Assembly: GCF_964355755.1 (NCBI RefSeq)
Contig: NC_092670.1
Location: 30,182,388 to 30,246,387 of the forward strand
From: Antedon mediterranea
Taxonomy: Eukaryota > Animalia > Echinodermata
Reading direction: 5' to 3'
DNA length: 64,000 bases
Made by a program: the position numbers and the translations under genes. Numbering within the stretch: position 1 is the stretch's first letter; each line of letters starts with the position of its first letter. Positions 13,101 to 28,100 of the stretch are shown here, one piece after another. Below the pieces are notes generated by a model that saw only the letters and a list, made by a program, of their open reading frames with translations, was not told the origin of the DNA and ran no database searches.

Positions 13101-16100
13101 TATTAACAAACTACATTTAACATATATTCCATACCTACTAAATATCTATTATATATAGATAGATGGAGACTACTACAAGTCTATTAGAAATCTATGAGTA
13201 ACACAGTTTTGTATTATCTATCAACTGTCTATTTATAATAGATAGACAACAGCTATCTATAACCTATTAACAAACTACATTTAACTTTCCTTCCATACCT
13301 ACTAAATATCTATTATATATAGATAGATGGAGACTACTACAAATCTATTAGAAATCTATGAGTAACACAGTTTTGTATTATCTATCAACTGTCTATTTAT
13401 AATAGATAGACAACAGCTATCTATAACCTATTAACAAACTACATTTAACATATATTCCATACCTACTAAATATCTATTATATATAGATAAATGGAGACTA
13501 CTACAAGTCTATTAGAAATCTATGAGTAACACAGTTTTGTATTATCTATCAACTGTCTATTTATAATAGATAGACAACAGATATCTATAACCTATTAACA
13601 AACTACATTTAACTTATATTCCATACCTACTAAATATCTATTATATATAGATAGATGGAGACTACTACAAGTCTATTAGAAATCTATGAGTAACACAGTT
13701 TTGTATTATCTATCAACTGTCTACTTATAATAGATAGACAACAGATATCTATAACCTATTAACAAACTACATTTAACTTATATTCCATACCTACTAAATA
13801 TCTATTATATATAGATAGATGGAGACTACTACAAGTCTATTAGAAATCTATGAGTAACACAGTTTTGTATTATCTATCAACTGTCTACTTATAATAGATA
13901 GACAACAGATATCTATAACCTATTAACAAACTACATTTAACTTATATTCCATACCTACTAAATATCTATTATATATAGATAGATGGAGACTACTACAAGT
14001 CTATTAGAAATCTATGAGTAACACAGTTTTGTATTATCTATCAACTGTCTATTTATAATAGATAGACAACAGATATCTATAACCTATTAACAAACTACAT
14101 TTAACTTATATTCCATACCTACTAAATATCTATTATATATAGATAGATGGAGACTACTATAAGTCTATTAGAAATCTATGAGTAACACAGTTTTGTATTA
14201 TCTATCAACTGTCTACTTATAATAGATAGACAACAGCTATCTATAACCTATTAACAAACTACATTTAACTTATATTCCATACCTACTAAATATCTATTAT
14301 ATATAGATAGATGGAGACTACTACAAGTCTATTATAAATCTATGAGTAATACAGTTTTGTATTATCTATCAACTGTCTACTTATAATAGATAGACAACAG
14401 CTATCTATAACCTATTAACAAACTACGTTTAACTTGTATTCCATACCTACTAAATATCTATTATATATAGATAGATGGAGGCTACTGTAAGTCTATTAGA
14501 AATCTATGAGTAACACAGTTTTGTATTATCTATCAACTGTCTACTTATAATAGATAGACAACAGATATCTATAACCTATTAACAAACTACGTTTAACTTG
14601 TATTCCATACCTACTAAATATCTATTATATATAGATAGATGGAGGCTACTGTAAGTCTATTAGAAATCTATGAGTAACACAGTTTTGTATTATCTATCAA
14701 CTGTCTACTTATAATAGATAGACAACAGCTATCTATAACCTATTAACAAACTACATTTAACTTATATTCCATACCTACTAAATATCTATTATATATAGAT
14801 AGATGGAGACTACTACAAGTCTATTATAAATCTATGAGTAATACAGTTTTGTATTATCTATCAACTGTCTACTTATAATAGATAGACAACAGCTATCTAT
14901 AACCTATTAACAAACTACCGTTAACTTATATTCCATACCTACTAAATATCTATTATATATAGATAGATGGAGACTACTATAAGTCTATTATAAATCTATG
15001 AGTAATACAGTTTTGTATTATCTATCAACTGTCTACTTATAATAGATAGACAACAGCTATCTATAACCTATTAACAAAATACATTTAACTTTTTTTTCAT
15101 ACCTACTAAATATCTATTATATATAGATAGATGGAGACTACTCCCTGTCTACATAAAAACTCTTAAGGTGAAAAATATCTATTAAAAACTACTAACAATG
15201 GTGTAGCTTAAAGGCCTACTTTAAATAGTGCTACATCAACTATGATACAACTACTTACTGTGTACTTTTAATAGGTAGTACCTATTATGTCACCTATCTA
15301 TTTTATGTAGTCAGAAAGTAGTCGAAGAAATCATGATAAAATCCTTAGTAGCCAAGAGAAAAAAACTACTAACGGCCTATTAAGCCTACTAAGGATAGAG
15401 CTATTTCTATTAAAGACTATCTAAATCTACTTAGTTATTTCGTTATGGGGTGCCATTGCATTGCATCCACATGGCAACTAAACTTTAGATTGATTTGCTG
15501 TGGATGTCCACAAACCCATAACAAAAAGTCTTAGTAGATATACAGTAGCTCTATATCTATTAGCCTTATAAGTTATCGCCTTAATAGATATAGCTCTATT
15601 ACCTATTAAGGTACCTACTAATAAGTAGATTTTAGGCAGATTTTAGATAGGTCCTAATAGGTTTTACCTCATTAGCATAATTCTAAATCCCCACTAATAG
15701 TATTAGATAGATTTAATCTGTGAGTAACACAGTTGTATACATCTATCGATTGTCTACTTAAAATAGCTATACCAAGGGCTACCAGCAACCTATTAATAGA
15801 CATAAACAAACTGATAATAGCCAGTAACTGTTAATAAACTATCTATTTTATACAATAGATAGATATGGACTACCAGATAGCTATTAGAAATCTATGAGTA
15901 TCATATCTATCAACTGTCTACTTATAATAGCTCTACTGTAGGGCTACCAATAACCTATCAATATTAACAAATAATTAATAGCCACCAGTAACTATTAATC
16001 AACTATCTATTTTATATAGCTGGGAAGTAGTCATTCTATCGTTGACTCATTGAGTTAAAATTCTTAGCAGGCGAGATAAAAAGGTCTACTTAAAAACTAT

Positions 16101-19100
16101 TAGGGCTACTAAAAATAGAGCTATTTCTACTTACGACTACTTAAATCTACTACTTTTTTTTGCTATGGGAAAACATCATAGCGTAGAACATGAATAACCA
16201 ATAGAAATACCATCAGCAGTGATTACGTACCTCTTCATAATCTCCTGCTGCACTACTCATGTCTAGCGTAGGACATGGTCCACCTAAACAGGTAAGCATC
16301 GGTGGCTCAGGAACTATTAGGTCATAGGTGAAATGGAATGGAATAGGACTGAGAAAATCTGTTACCTCCTTCTGAAAAGATAAACAACTTAAACTGCAAT
16401 CTATTTGTTATGCGAAAGTATCATATGTAAAAATACTTTAGAACTACTAAATACTTAGATATAGATTCTATGGATACTTGTCGGTATACAGGTACAGAGA
16501 AGCTGAAAGAAAGCTATCATGTGTTTTGTGTAAAAAGTATGTCAAATAAAATAAAGAATGTAACAATATTATTCATTGATCCAAGTATACTTACCTTTAC
16601 TTGAAATTCATATTTATAGCAATGTTGCAGTCCCACCTCCAACCTCTCAATACTTGAGGCAGTTGTCTTCCCTCCCATGTAAAGGAAGACTACACGTGGT
16701 GCTCTATTTGTAAGTACTTTATTCTTTTCTACAGAAAGTGTGTAGTTTATGCCTAAAAGAGAAATGTTATAACAAAACCTAAAAAAACATACTGTACAGT
16801 ACAAAGAAAAAAGTGGGTTTTCTAGCTGACCATTAGCAACTGAAGTTAAAATATAGACAGAAGCCTAAGAAAAAGAATGATAACCATAATAATGTATTAT
16901 TTAAGTAGAGACTGAAGATGGAAAGGTATTGAAAACTAATAGTACATTCTAAAACAGCTATACTTACGGAGTGATTGAGGGACTGCAATGCCTGTGTATC
17001 TTATACACATGTTTGATGATAAACATAGAGCTGCTTTACCATCAATTATACAGTTAGTGTGATTTTTGTTGATAGGGTTTGGTGAAATCTTCAATGTGGT
17101 CTCCATTTTAACGATAGGCTTAGTTCTATAAAAGGAAAGAAATCATCTAAATATAGTATCATGTTTCAAATGAAATCCAAGCTATATTGTATTATATTGT
17201 ACATTCCCAATGTGCCAAAAATAAGTAGTTAACAATTAAGATGCTCATTTTAAAAAGTGAAATCTGTGCTGTAATAATTGTTTTAATTTTTATGGGAAAG
17301 CAAAAGAAAACAATTATTTCCATACTGAAGATATAAGTATATTAAGATATTATAAACTCATTTCAGTATTGTCATACTACCTCAAAACAAAAACTTTATT
17401 TTGTAGGAATGCTCCAACTGCTATATCTGGGTAAATGTTACCATCTATGTCCACTTTCCCAGAAATAGAACTTCCAAATGATCTCACAAAAGGGTCAATA
17501 TCTTTGCCTGCAATCCTCTGAAATGTATAACGGAAGTACTGTATATGCATATAAAGAAATTATGACAACAAAAGTGCAACAGAGACCTTTTTTAATCCGA
17601 TTTGGTATAGAGTGTAATTATTATATGGAAGCCATCATCATTGTGTTTGTGTCAAAGGTGCTCATTGTTTTATTGTATTCCTGGTATACATTAGGATGCT
17701 CATAAATGCAAATATAAGTGCTATTGAAAAACATTAAGGCATTTTATTTTATGTATTTAAGCACATTTGGCCTATTTTATAGTATTACTAATAATTAATG
17801 TAGTAATTAATTTACATTCCCATGGCTGTTAATCCCTTGAAGGTGGCCTTGAACCCATGCTAATATTCAGATTTAGATTCAATTTATTTTGCTAATTAAA
17901 ATGGAAATAATATGAGTACATGTACATATGAGTACATATACATATATATATAGTCTTAGGTACAGTAAACAGTGTCCTGCCTTAACATCCCAGCCATTTG
18001 ACTCGCTCAGTATATATATATATATATATATAAAGGTTGGATATATACAGTATATATATTTTTCATTTCTGAAATGGTATGTTACTATATACAAAGTGTG
18101 TACCTGTGTATATCGAAGCCTAATACCAGAATATGACGTTGAGTAAATGTAAACCGCACCTGAGTTATCATCCTCATATGGTGCACCTATTGCAACATCT
18201 GAATAAAAAAAATGCAATTGAATAATATTAATTTATCATTCACCTTTAAAACAATAACCAACCGAATAGTTTACCAATATTTTGTTTTCAATAAGAAATG
18301 AATGAATACATGAGTAGTTGAAAATGTAGAAAAACTGTATACAAACAGTGTAAAACAAGTACGGTACGGTAATTAAAAATATGATTTCAATAAATACTTT
18401 ATAATTTAATTATTGTTAAACTGGCTGAAATAAGGAACACAAAGAAGCTCAGAGACTGTTTAGGTTCAAGTGACAAAAATTGTGGAAGCTCTAAGTGAAA
18501 TGTTGATGAAAGATAAAGATGAACAAGTAAAGAAAGCTTGGCATCTACAAATTAGAGGGGAGAAGTATTGAGGAAGGTGAAGTGGAAAGATATGGTAAAG
18601 AAAGAACAAAAATTAGTTTGGAGGAAGATGATGGACAGGAGAGGGAAATATTTGACAGAAGCATGGAAGAAGTTACAGTTGGTAAACTCCTTAAACTAGA
18701 AAAAAGATCATGAACAATAAGTTTGAAGGAACAGGATGCACAGGACTGGAAGAACTGGGGAAATAATGCAGAAGCATGGACGAAGTGAAAGTTGGTAAAC
18801 CACTTGGAGGGAAGAAATTATCATGAACAATCAGTTTTGAAAGAAACATGATGCACCAGGACAGCAAGAAGTTGGAAAATGTTGCAAAAGCTGGAACAAT
18901 TAAGTGACAGTTGGTAAACACCTTGAAGGGGAGAAATGAAAATGAACAATCAGTTTGAAGGAACAGGATGCACAGCATAGGAAGAAGTAGGGAAATGATG
19001 TAGATGAATTGAACAAGTGACTGATTGTAAACTCCATAAAGAAGAAAAAACATCATGAACAATCAGTTTGAAGGAACAGGATGCACAGGACAGGAAGAAC

Positions 19101-22100
19101 TGGGGAAATGATGCAGAAGCATCAAAGAAATGACAGTTGTTAAACCATTTGGATGTGGAAAAATTAGCATGAACAATCAGTTTGAAAGAAACATGATGCA
19201 CAGGACAGAAAGAAGTGGAGAAATGATGTAGTGGTACATAACAAGAGCAGTTGGTCAACCATTTGGAGGGTAAAAGATCACGAACAATCAGTTTGAAGGA
19301 AGGATACACAGGACAGGAACAAGTATAAAAATGATATAGCAGCATTACTAACAAGTGGCAGTTGGTAAACCTCTTGGAAATGATGATGATGATGATGAAA
19401 TACATATTGTATTTTGTGCAGATGTTCACTTTGACAGCACATCAGTGTACTATCTAACCTTTGAATGTTTTTAATTTAAAGTGAAAGTGAAAGTTCAACT
19501 GAAAAATTATCCTAAATTTTGATAACAAGTTATAATTATAAAGGCAGACTCACTCTCACTCTCTCTCTCTCTCTCTAACCATCCCATATGTTGTTACCAC
19601 CTTCCTATCTAATGTCCTTAAAAACATTATGACATCTTATTGGAATCATGAAATTATGCAATAAGCCTATCATTCAAATGATAAACAACCATAATAATAT
19701 TAAAATGAATGTATCCTTTTCTGCAGTTATAAATAGATTATCATAGGATATATTGATCAACTAAGGAAATACAAAATTAACTGTCAAATTTATAAGGAGT
19801 TTATAGTTATCAAACAGATAATTTCAGTCGGATAATCTTATTACATTAAATTAAGGATATTGTATGTTCCTCAGTTAGATTATTCGTTTCTTATTTAAAT
19901 GTTATCGTTCATTCAGATTAAATAGGTTGTGGCACAATCTGCAAACTCATGATTCCCACATTGTCACGCATTTATTGCAGGGCAGTGTGCAGGACTTATG
20001 TTATGAAACTCGTTAGGCCTACTAGGTCCGAATGAAACTCGGACCTTGGGGTGGGATTTTTTCATCTTCAAAATTAAAAATTTAAGTTTTAACATTTTTC
20101 ATTTTTTCTTCATTCACTTTTATAGATTTAATTAATTTTAAAGTTCAATGAACTGTTGGCAATGGAAAGTTCCAACTGCACTTTTAAACATACCATCATA
20201 TCTATCTTGATTGAGATCACCAATATTTTCAATAACTGTACCAAATCGTGCATTCATAGCATTTGAACCACTCAGTTTTTCTTTCAATGGCCGCAAAATT
20301 CCCTGAAAAAGAGTGACTATAACATTAGCAATGTACCTATACACACTAAAGTCATATCAAGAAAGTTGGTTACTTAAAAGAAGGATCTTGAAGATAGTAC
20401 ATTGTTTTCGGAAGCAAACGAAGGTCTATGATAACCACAGTGATATGATGATCACAAGTAGCTGAATTATGTATTTTTTGGAACCGGAGAAGAGATGAAG
20501 ATGGAAATTGACAAAGAAAAGAATTACTGTGTAATCTGTGTAAGCAACAAATTCATTCCACATGCTTAAGTTATTTAGCCAAACAACTTGGTTTGCAGAT
20601 ACATAACCTTGTTTCATGTATATTATGTTTTCAAGATTCATAATATTCAAAATTTGCTACTTAAAATGGGGTTTACTCCCTTAGATTTTTAGAGAAAGTC
20701 TTTGGGGAAAAAATTGTGGCTATGATTTCAAAAAGTCTGAAAGATATCCTTGAGGCCAATAATTCCAGCTATGTACTGTATGACGTTGATTGACTAAAAA
20801 CTAAAAGGTGTAAAATGCTTTCCAGACTTGTAATACTGTTTTATGGTAATCCCTTAATAGACAACCTGTCTACTAGTACTAATCTTATATAAAATGTAAT
20901 CATCACCTATATTTAGTGTTAATAATTCTAGACTACAGGAAATATGTTATAAACTATAAAGAACATCCTTCCTATATTGTTTTTATTCCCATTGTTCTAA
21001 TTTAAGGTGGTTTACTCATTGAGGTACTTTACCTTGATGTGTCAAAGATATTCTTAAATTGCATTTATACACAGATATTTTGATGTCTCAATTATACCAT
21101 GATGGATGATGTCACTATTTGAATAAGATACCTTGCATTGTCTAGGAATTAAGGTCTGTACTACCAGATACAGGAGTGTTATCTTAGAATGTTTATGGTA
21201 ATTTTTACAATAATATGTTTCCGTGTTTGTACATGCACCAGCCAGATATTCAATCTGTAATCATCCATACACAAGTGGCTGATTCACTCTCCTCCAGACA
21301 ACAAGTATAAACAACACAACAATGACTACCACAGATTAAAACAACAATCATTAAAAAAAACAAGGAAAATAAAAGGAAAACTTATAGACAACATCTACTT
21401 GATTTGGTCAATGTTGGATTGTCTCAAATTTTGATTTATAGATTTTCCAAGGATGTCTTCTAGTACTATTTCCTTTTAGTATGTATTCTCCATTCCTATC
21501 TATATCTATGATATGTGAGATCACATGATTATTGATGCCATTAAATTTGAATTTACCCAAATGACTTAATATACATTTTCATAAAAAGGCATAGCCTAAA
21601 AACCACTCTTTAAATCGTAAGTTTAAGTACATAGAAACCTTGATGTAGAATATGTACCTGGTTCCAATAATGAACATTTTATACTTAATTACATAATATT
21701 ATGTTCCTGGCACTGGCAGTAAATCTACCCAATTGATGCAGTACATCAATTGCTTTGTATATATTTTGCCTTGCCTTGATAATCCCACACTGTTCAATCC
21801 CTATACAATACAATAGTTTTCCATGTGGAAAAGTGCCAAATTACAGGTATTGTATGCTTTTACTTTCAGCACATACATATTACAGTCATTTCCTTTTAAA
21901 AAGTCAATACACATTTTATGTTAGTATAATAGCTTTCCAATACTTCCAATTGGTGACAGCACAATGTGGGCTGGTGCCAATTCTGTTTTTTTTTATTTTG
22001 AAACTTTAATCTAAAAGATTATCATTGTTCTGTATTTTACTGTATTTTCTTCGCAAATATTAAAATGAATTATATGACAACTTTTATGAACATATTAACA

Positions 22101-25100
22101 AGTCACATACAGTAGATTGTGTTTTCTGCCCTTGTTCTTAACACGTTCACTGCCACGGCGTATTTATACGTCAAAAATTGCGTGTCGCTACTTGCCAAGA
22201 CGTAATACTACGTCAAAATCGTAGCACTTTTGTATTGTATGTAGAATCGCTGGCAGTGGTGATTGGAACAGGAATTATCGCATGGCAGTTTATGAATGAT
22301 GTACGTAAACGATAATCTAAAAATAAATGTCATATGTTTGTTTGTGTTTATTCCCTCATGCATTGAATATGGTTGATACGATGGCGCCCTCACACTCAAT
22401 ATAATCATCTCAAACATGTCATAAATTGCACTAATAGTAAATAAAAATAATAAAGGATGAAATGATTCAGTGTGGTTTACTGTTTTTATCTCTCGATGAT
22501 AGGTTTGACCGATTTTAGCGCGGAAAATCCCCGACGTATATTTACGTTCCTGGCAAAGTCAATAAAATTGTTGGACCATTGCCAGTGACGTATTTATACG
22601 TCTCAACGGTTTTTCCCGCCATCGTATTTTGAATGACATCATGATAGTCTGTGACCAGATGTTACACTTTCAAACTGTAATTTAATATGTAAACGGGACT
22701 TGGCACTGGGACAGAAATTACGGAAAATGCCTTGGCAGTCAATGTGTTAAACACGTTTTGAAATTTATGAATTTTCACAATAGTATTAATCTAGAGTGAG
22801 TTAGTATCAACTTACCCTTCCTTGGTTCATGTATATGTACACTCTTCCTTCATCTACGATGTTTGAGTAGAGTGGAGCTCCTACCAACAGGTCTGTCAGA
22901 CCATCTTTGTTCAGGTCAATTCCTTTCACTGCTGCTCCAAAATAAGTGTTCATCTGTACAAAACATAGGAAGAGAAACTATATATATATTTTCAAATAAG
23001 AGGTTATTACTTCTTTCACATAAGGCATATTGTGGTTTATCCAGGTATGTAGGCATGAAATAGACTATTCCTTTAACAATCTAAAAATCTGTAAACACAA
23101 ATTAGTATTCAACATATGAAAGGAAACTTTAACTGAATTTATACTGATATTCGTATTAAAGAAATATATAATGAATGTTGTTTGAGTTTGTATTACTATA
23201 ATATTGATATTAAATAGATTCACAATAAATGAAATCATATACTGTATGACACTACCACTCTCAGGCAAAAAGTAATATTAGAAATCGCAAAACTAAAAAG
23301 AAACAAGCACAAATGTGCGATACTCGGGGTACAGCAAAAAAAACGGGAGAAGACGGGATGTAACGTCACATACATCAATAACCTCGCTACCAAATACGGC
23401 TATTTTTTGCTATTTCTGGGAGTAGAAGTGTGGTCACAATATCATAAATAGGTTTTACTGTATATATTCTTATTCAAGACCTTTAAAAAGGCACCAAACA
23501 CAGCTATATTATGACGACAATCGTTTGGCACCAAGGTACCATCTTCGAGATGTCATATTGCTGCATCCGGTTTGGAATTAATAAATCCGGCTCTATAGCT
23601 TTGAGGAAATGTCCCTGTCTGTAGTATCATGCCACATCCTAGCTCAATACTACAACAAATAAGGGAGAAGTAGTATTTTATAAATCGCACTTTTTTCGAT
23701 TGGTACCATGTTTATGACATCATAATTCTGCATTCGGTTGAACATTTTCTTTCTATAGCTTGTTCACCTATAGTATTACCCTAGTATATGCATGCCATGT
23801 TTCAGAGCCTGCAGACGACGCGTAAACAACTAGTAGGACTTGAAAGTTGGCTCAATAGGATTCAATACTGTCCAGATAGAAGAGAGGATGAGAGAGTCCT
23901 AGACTCGGGTACCCCGAGTAAAAAACATTGGTGAGCCCTCTGAAGCTTAACTCAAATACTATGACTAATTCACAATGTAAATGTGTTTCATAACATAAAA
24001 ACTTGAGACAATACTAATCTATTGGTTATGAGTCCACTAATCCTTTATGACACAAACAGATATGATTCAAATGTGCATTCAAAATAGTTTACACAGTGCT
24101 TTTTTGGTTCAAGATGTAAACTAACAATACAACAGCTCTCACAATATTTGTCTATTTTAAATGTGTGGGAGAATAATCTGTGTCTTGCAGTCCTTATGGA
24201 AAACATCACTTTGGCCTCCCTACTATCACAAAAGCCAGGTACAGGCCCTCCTTATTCAAGAACAATTTTTATACAACAAAATCTGTTACAGAGCATAGCA
24301 TTTAACCTACGCCAACTTTATGGATATCTATGGCAATCATTAGACCACTCAAATCAAGGTGTGTTGACTCTTTGGTTGACTGTAAATTTAATCATTTTAA
24401 AATTTAATCCCCACCATAGACTTGGTTCCCACTAGGACATAGTTAGGTAATTTGACCAATCATAAGCACTGGATTGTCGAAACTGTTGCTTTGTCATTTC
24501 AACTCACTTGCGTGTTCAACTTTTTATTCACACTTTCTCACATAAATGCAATACTACAGAACATAATGACAATAATATAGGAAACATGTATATTTCATAC
24601 TAACCTTCTCTCCAAAAAATTCAGTATGTACACTAAATGTAGCCAAATCATAGATAAACACTTTCCCCTTCTGATATGCCCTGGGGGCACCGGTCACTCC
24701 ATGAACAAGATCTGACCTTACAAAATATCCAGAGCTTACAGAATAACCTACATGAAAAAGTCAAACAAATTATCTGCAAACAATCAATATAAATTAATTT
24801 CAGATTTTAGATAATGATCTGAAATTTGCCATATTACATTAACAATGATTTACAATGACATAGAAATGCCCTGCCCTTCTATATCTGAGTATTTAGCCAT
24901 ACATTTATGATTTAGCAATTCATGAGAACTGATACACCCTAACACCTCAACATTTATTGCATATAATGATCAAATTGTGTGTCAAATCAAAACTGGAAAC
25001 AGTTTTGTCTATTTTCAACATGAAAATATATGTTGCAATAATTAGACTTTAAACCATTTTTCAATATGAATGTTTTTTCTGAAATACAAGAGTTATTTTA

Positions 25101-28100
25101 CCAAAAACTTGTTTTCAGTATTACAACCAACTTTAATCAATATGTTATATCATCCTTAATCCAAAACATAATTTAATCAGAGAATTTATACAAAATGTTT
25201 AAACAATCCTGATATCCATTGCGAAATAATCTATATTTATTAACCATTATTATAAATGATTTATATTGATTTGTTTCAAGGTAATAGTTAGCATAGGAAA
25301 TGTAATTATTATTAACTTAATATCCTCCTGATATTTTTGCCAAATTACATATTTGGCTACATGCTATTTTTAGGATAAAAGAACAATATCCTTATATCCT
25401 TGCCAAATAAACTTTGTTTGTATAATTAATGCAAGGTTCATACAAATATAAACCATTATTAAGAATAGCATATATAACCTCAACTTTACAAATTTATACC
25501 TCAATTTGACAATCTCTACACATATATTATTGCTACATCAATTCATCATGATACAAAAACATCATAAGAAAAGTTGATCATGTTTATAAATCGATCATAA
25601 ACAACTAAATCACACTAATTGAGTATTAGATGACCATCACCTAATCACACTCTGATTTGAGTATTATTGGTTGATCATGATCAACTTAATCACACTGATT
25701 TATGAGTTTAAGTACTTGATCATGATAAACTTAATCATAATGTTTTATCAGCCGTTCATCATGATCAACTTTCACAGTTCATATCGACTTATAGTTTATC
25801 ATGATCTATGCAATTCTGATTTGTATACTATAAGTATATTGTCATAATATAATGTTTTATGAATAGGTTGGATGGATCATCATGATCATGACCAACTTAA
25901 TCACACTGATTTATGAGTATATAGTAGATAATCATAACCAACTTAATCACACTGATTATCATGATCAATTTAATCACAATGCTTTATGAGAAAGTTGATC
26001 ATGATCTGATTCTGAATATAATTTTTATTGTAATGTCTTAAAGAAACATATTAACCTGATTTACTGTACACACACAATTCACACAAATCATACAAGATTT
26101 AAAGGCAATTCTACTGAAAATAGGACAAATCTACAACGAAAGCAAATAAAGATAAGAATTAAGATCCAAAATCAAGGTGACAAGACACAGGAACATGAAT
26201 AGTATGTATTGTCTTACATTCAGATTCAGAAGTCTACTTTCTTTAATCTGTTGATACAAAATTGAAGTTGAGGATTCCAATACAAATGAAACAATTAAAC
26301 TTTCACTTTAGAAAGCTAAACCTAGGCTAATTCGTAATTTGAGATAACTTTGTAAAGACACAACTGTCACAAAATAAAAAGTGCAAACAAGTTTTAAGCC
26401 ATAACAACCTGTTTTCTATTGCATGCATATATACTGTGTGCTAACATCATCTGGGGTTGTGAACTAATTATTAAATGATACTATCATTTAATAATCTAAT
26501 TAATAATATTAGTCAACATAAGTGTCACAAAAAACATTATCATTTGATAGAAACATTTCTACAGTTTTAACTAAGTGTCAGCAAAACAGTATTAAAATTG
26601 AAATGGAATTGTGACCTAATTTTCAGTAATAATTTAATTAGCGATTAGTAGGTTCATAGTGTCAAAAATAGCATTATCATAGTGTCATCATTTTAGATAA
26701 TATACTGACATTGTTTATCTTAATAGTAATACTGACATCATTAACTACAAAATTAATGAATCATTTAATCTGTAGTATTTCACTTGTAAAAATTATGCGA
26801 AGCCACCAACCTAATATTGTAATAACCTGTAGGTCTACATGTCTGGACTTGACTTGTCAACTACGCATTTGCCGTATGTCTTACACGTAAGTCTTACACT
26901 ATACTATAAGTATATTGTCTTAATATAATGTTTTATGAATAAGTTGGATGGATCATCATGATCATGACCAACTTATTCACACTGATTTATGAGTATACAG
27001 TAGATAATCATAACCAACTTAATCACACTGATTATCATGATCAATTTAATCACAATGCTTTATGAGAAAGTTGATCATGATCTGATTCTGAATATAGTTT
27101 TTATTGTAATGTCTTAAACTAATATTAACCTGATTTACTGTACACACACAAATCATACAAGATTTAAAGGCAATTCTACTGAAAATATGACAAATCTACG
27201 ACGAAAGCAAATAAAGATAAGAATTAAGATCCAAAATCAAGGTGACAAGACACAGGAATTAATTAGAATAAAACACTTGTCACCATAATATTCAAAAGTA
27301 CTATATCACTCATGACATTTTCTCAGGCAAACTTCTGAACAAAACAACATATTTGAAATAGTTCAATGCAGACCTTGATTTAAAAGGAGGGCCATGGCGC
27401 TGACGCTCCTTGGCGGTCCTGAAAACGATCAAAGGAGCGCCTAAAATAGCGCTCCCCAACCTGTTACAGTGCGTCATAAAAATATATATAATGATAAGAA
27501 TATTAACCCCGAATACAACACACAGTCTATATATAGTTGCGCAAACGATCTTTGTTATGGCTATCCCCGATAGGCTAGGCGCGCCTACGATCTTTGATGT
27601 TGCGAGAAAAATATCGTAAACAATTCATTCTAAATATAGTATCAGAACGTTCAATCGGTCGCTCAAAAAGACTGCCGACAGAAGACTGTAATTATACAGA
27701 CCTAGTTTTTTTGGTCACATGGCATAAAATGCGATACTCTCTGCTTTACCGCAACATCTCACATGTTTTTTTTTTAACTCGGTACGAGAGGGTGGCTGCC
27801 GACACGATAAACAGTAATTAAGATCGTGTACCTGGATTTTGTGTCACATGACATGAAACATAATACTCTCTGATCTTAACTGCTCACATGTTTTCCCCTC
27901 CAAATTCTGATCGGGCCTTTTCTTATACACATATCGTAATCATTTTAAAAGGCTTAAGCCTTTATGTTAAATCTTATAGTAATTGATATGGAATATATAT
28001 TTATTTTGCATATATTTTGTTGGTGTCCTAGCCTAGGCTAGGTGTCATTGTTTTTATAATTCGCTAACCCAAGGTAGGATTAAATAATTTATAGTGTAGG

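Larger units (their letters stand above)
8613..15449. mobile_element. Non-autonomous CMC/EnSpm-type DNA transposon (6.8 kb) with internal satellite arrays
   Basis: Imperfect TIR CCCATAACAAAAAGTCTTAGTAG / CTACTTAGTTATTTCGTTATGGG with a 2-bp TSD GT (8611-12, 15450-51); no transposase ORF. Confidence 0.75.

Noticed and set aside
8850-15143. Tandem arrays as possible CRISPR arrays
   Set aside because: There are no unique spacers or cas genes, and the context is a eukaryotic intron; these are satellites.
18691-19429. Two long minus-strand ORFs (123 and 159 aa)
   Set aside because: They are by-products of the ~115-bp tandem repeat, with no domain or splice support.
21030-21300. Possible alternative alpha exon
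   Set aside because: The frames I tested contain stops and show no integrin similarity; this is probably decayed repeat sequence.
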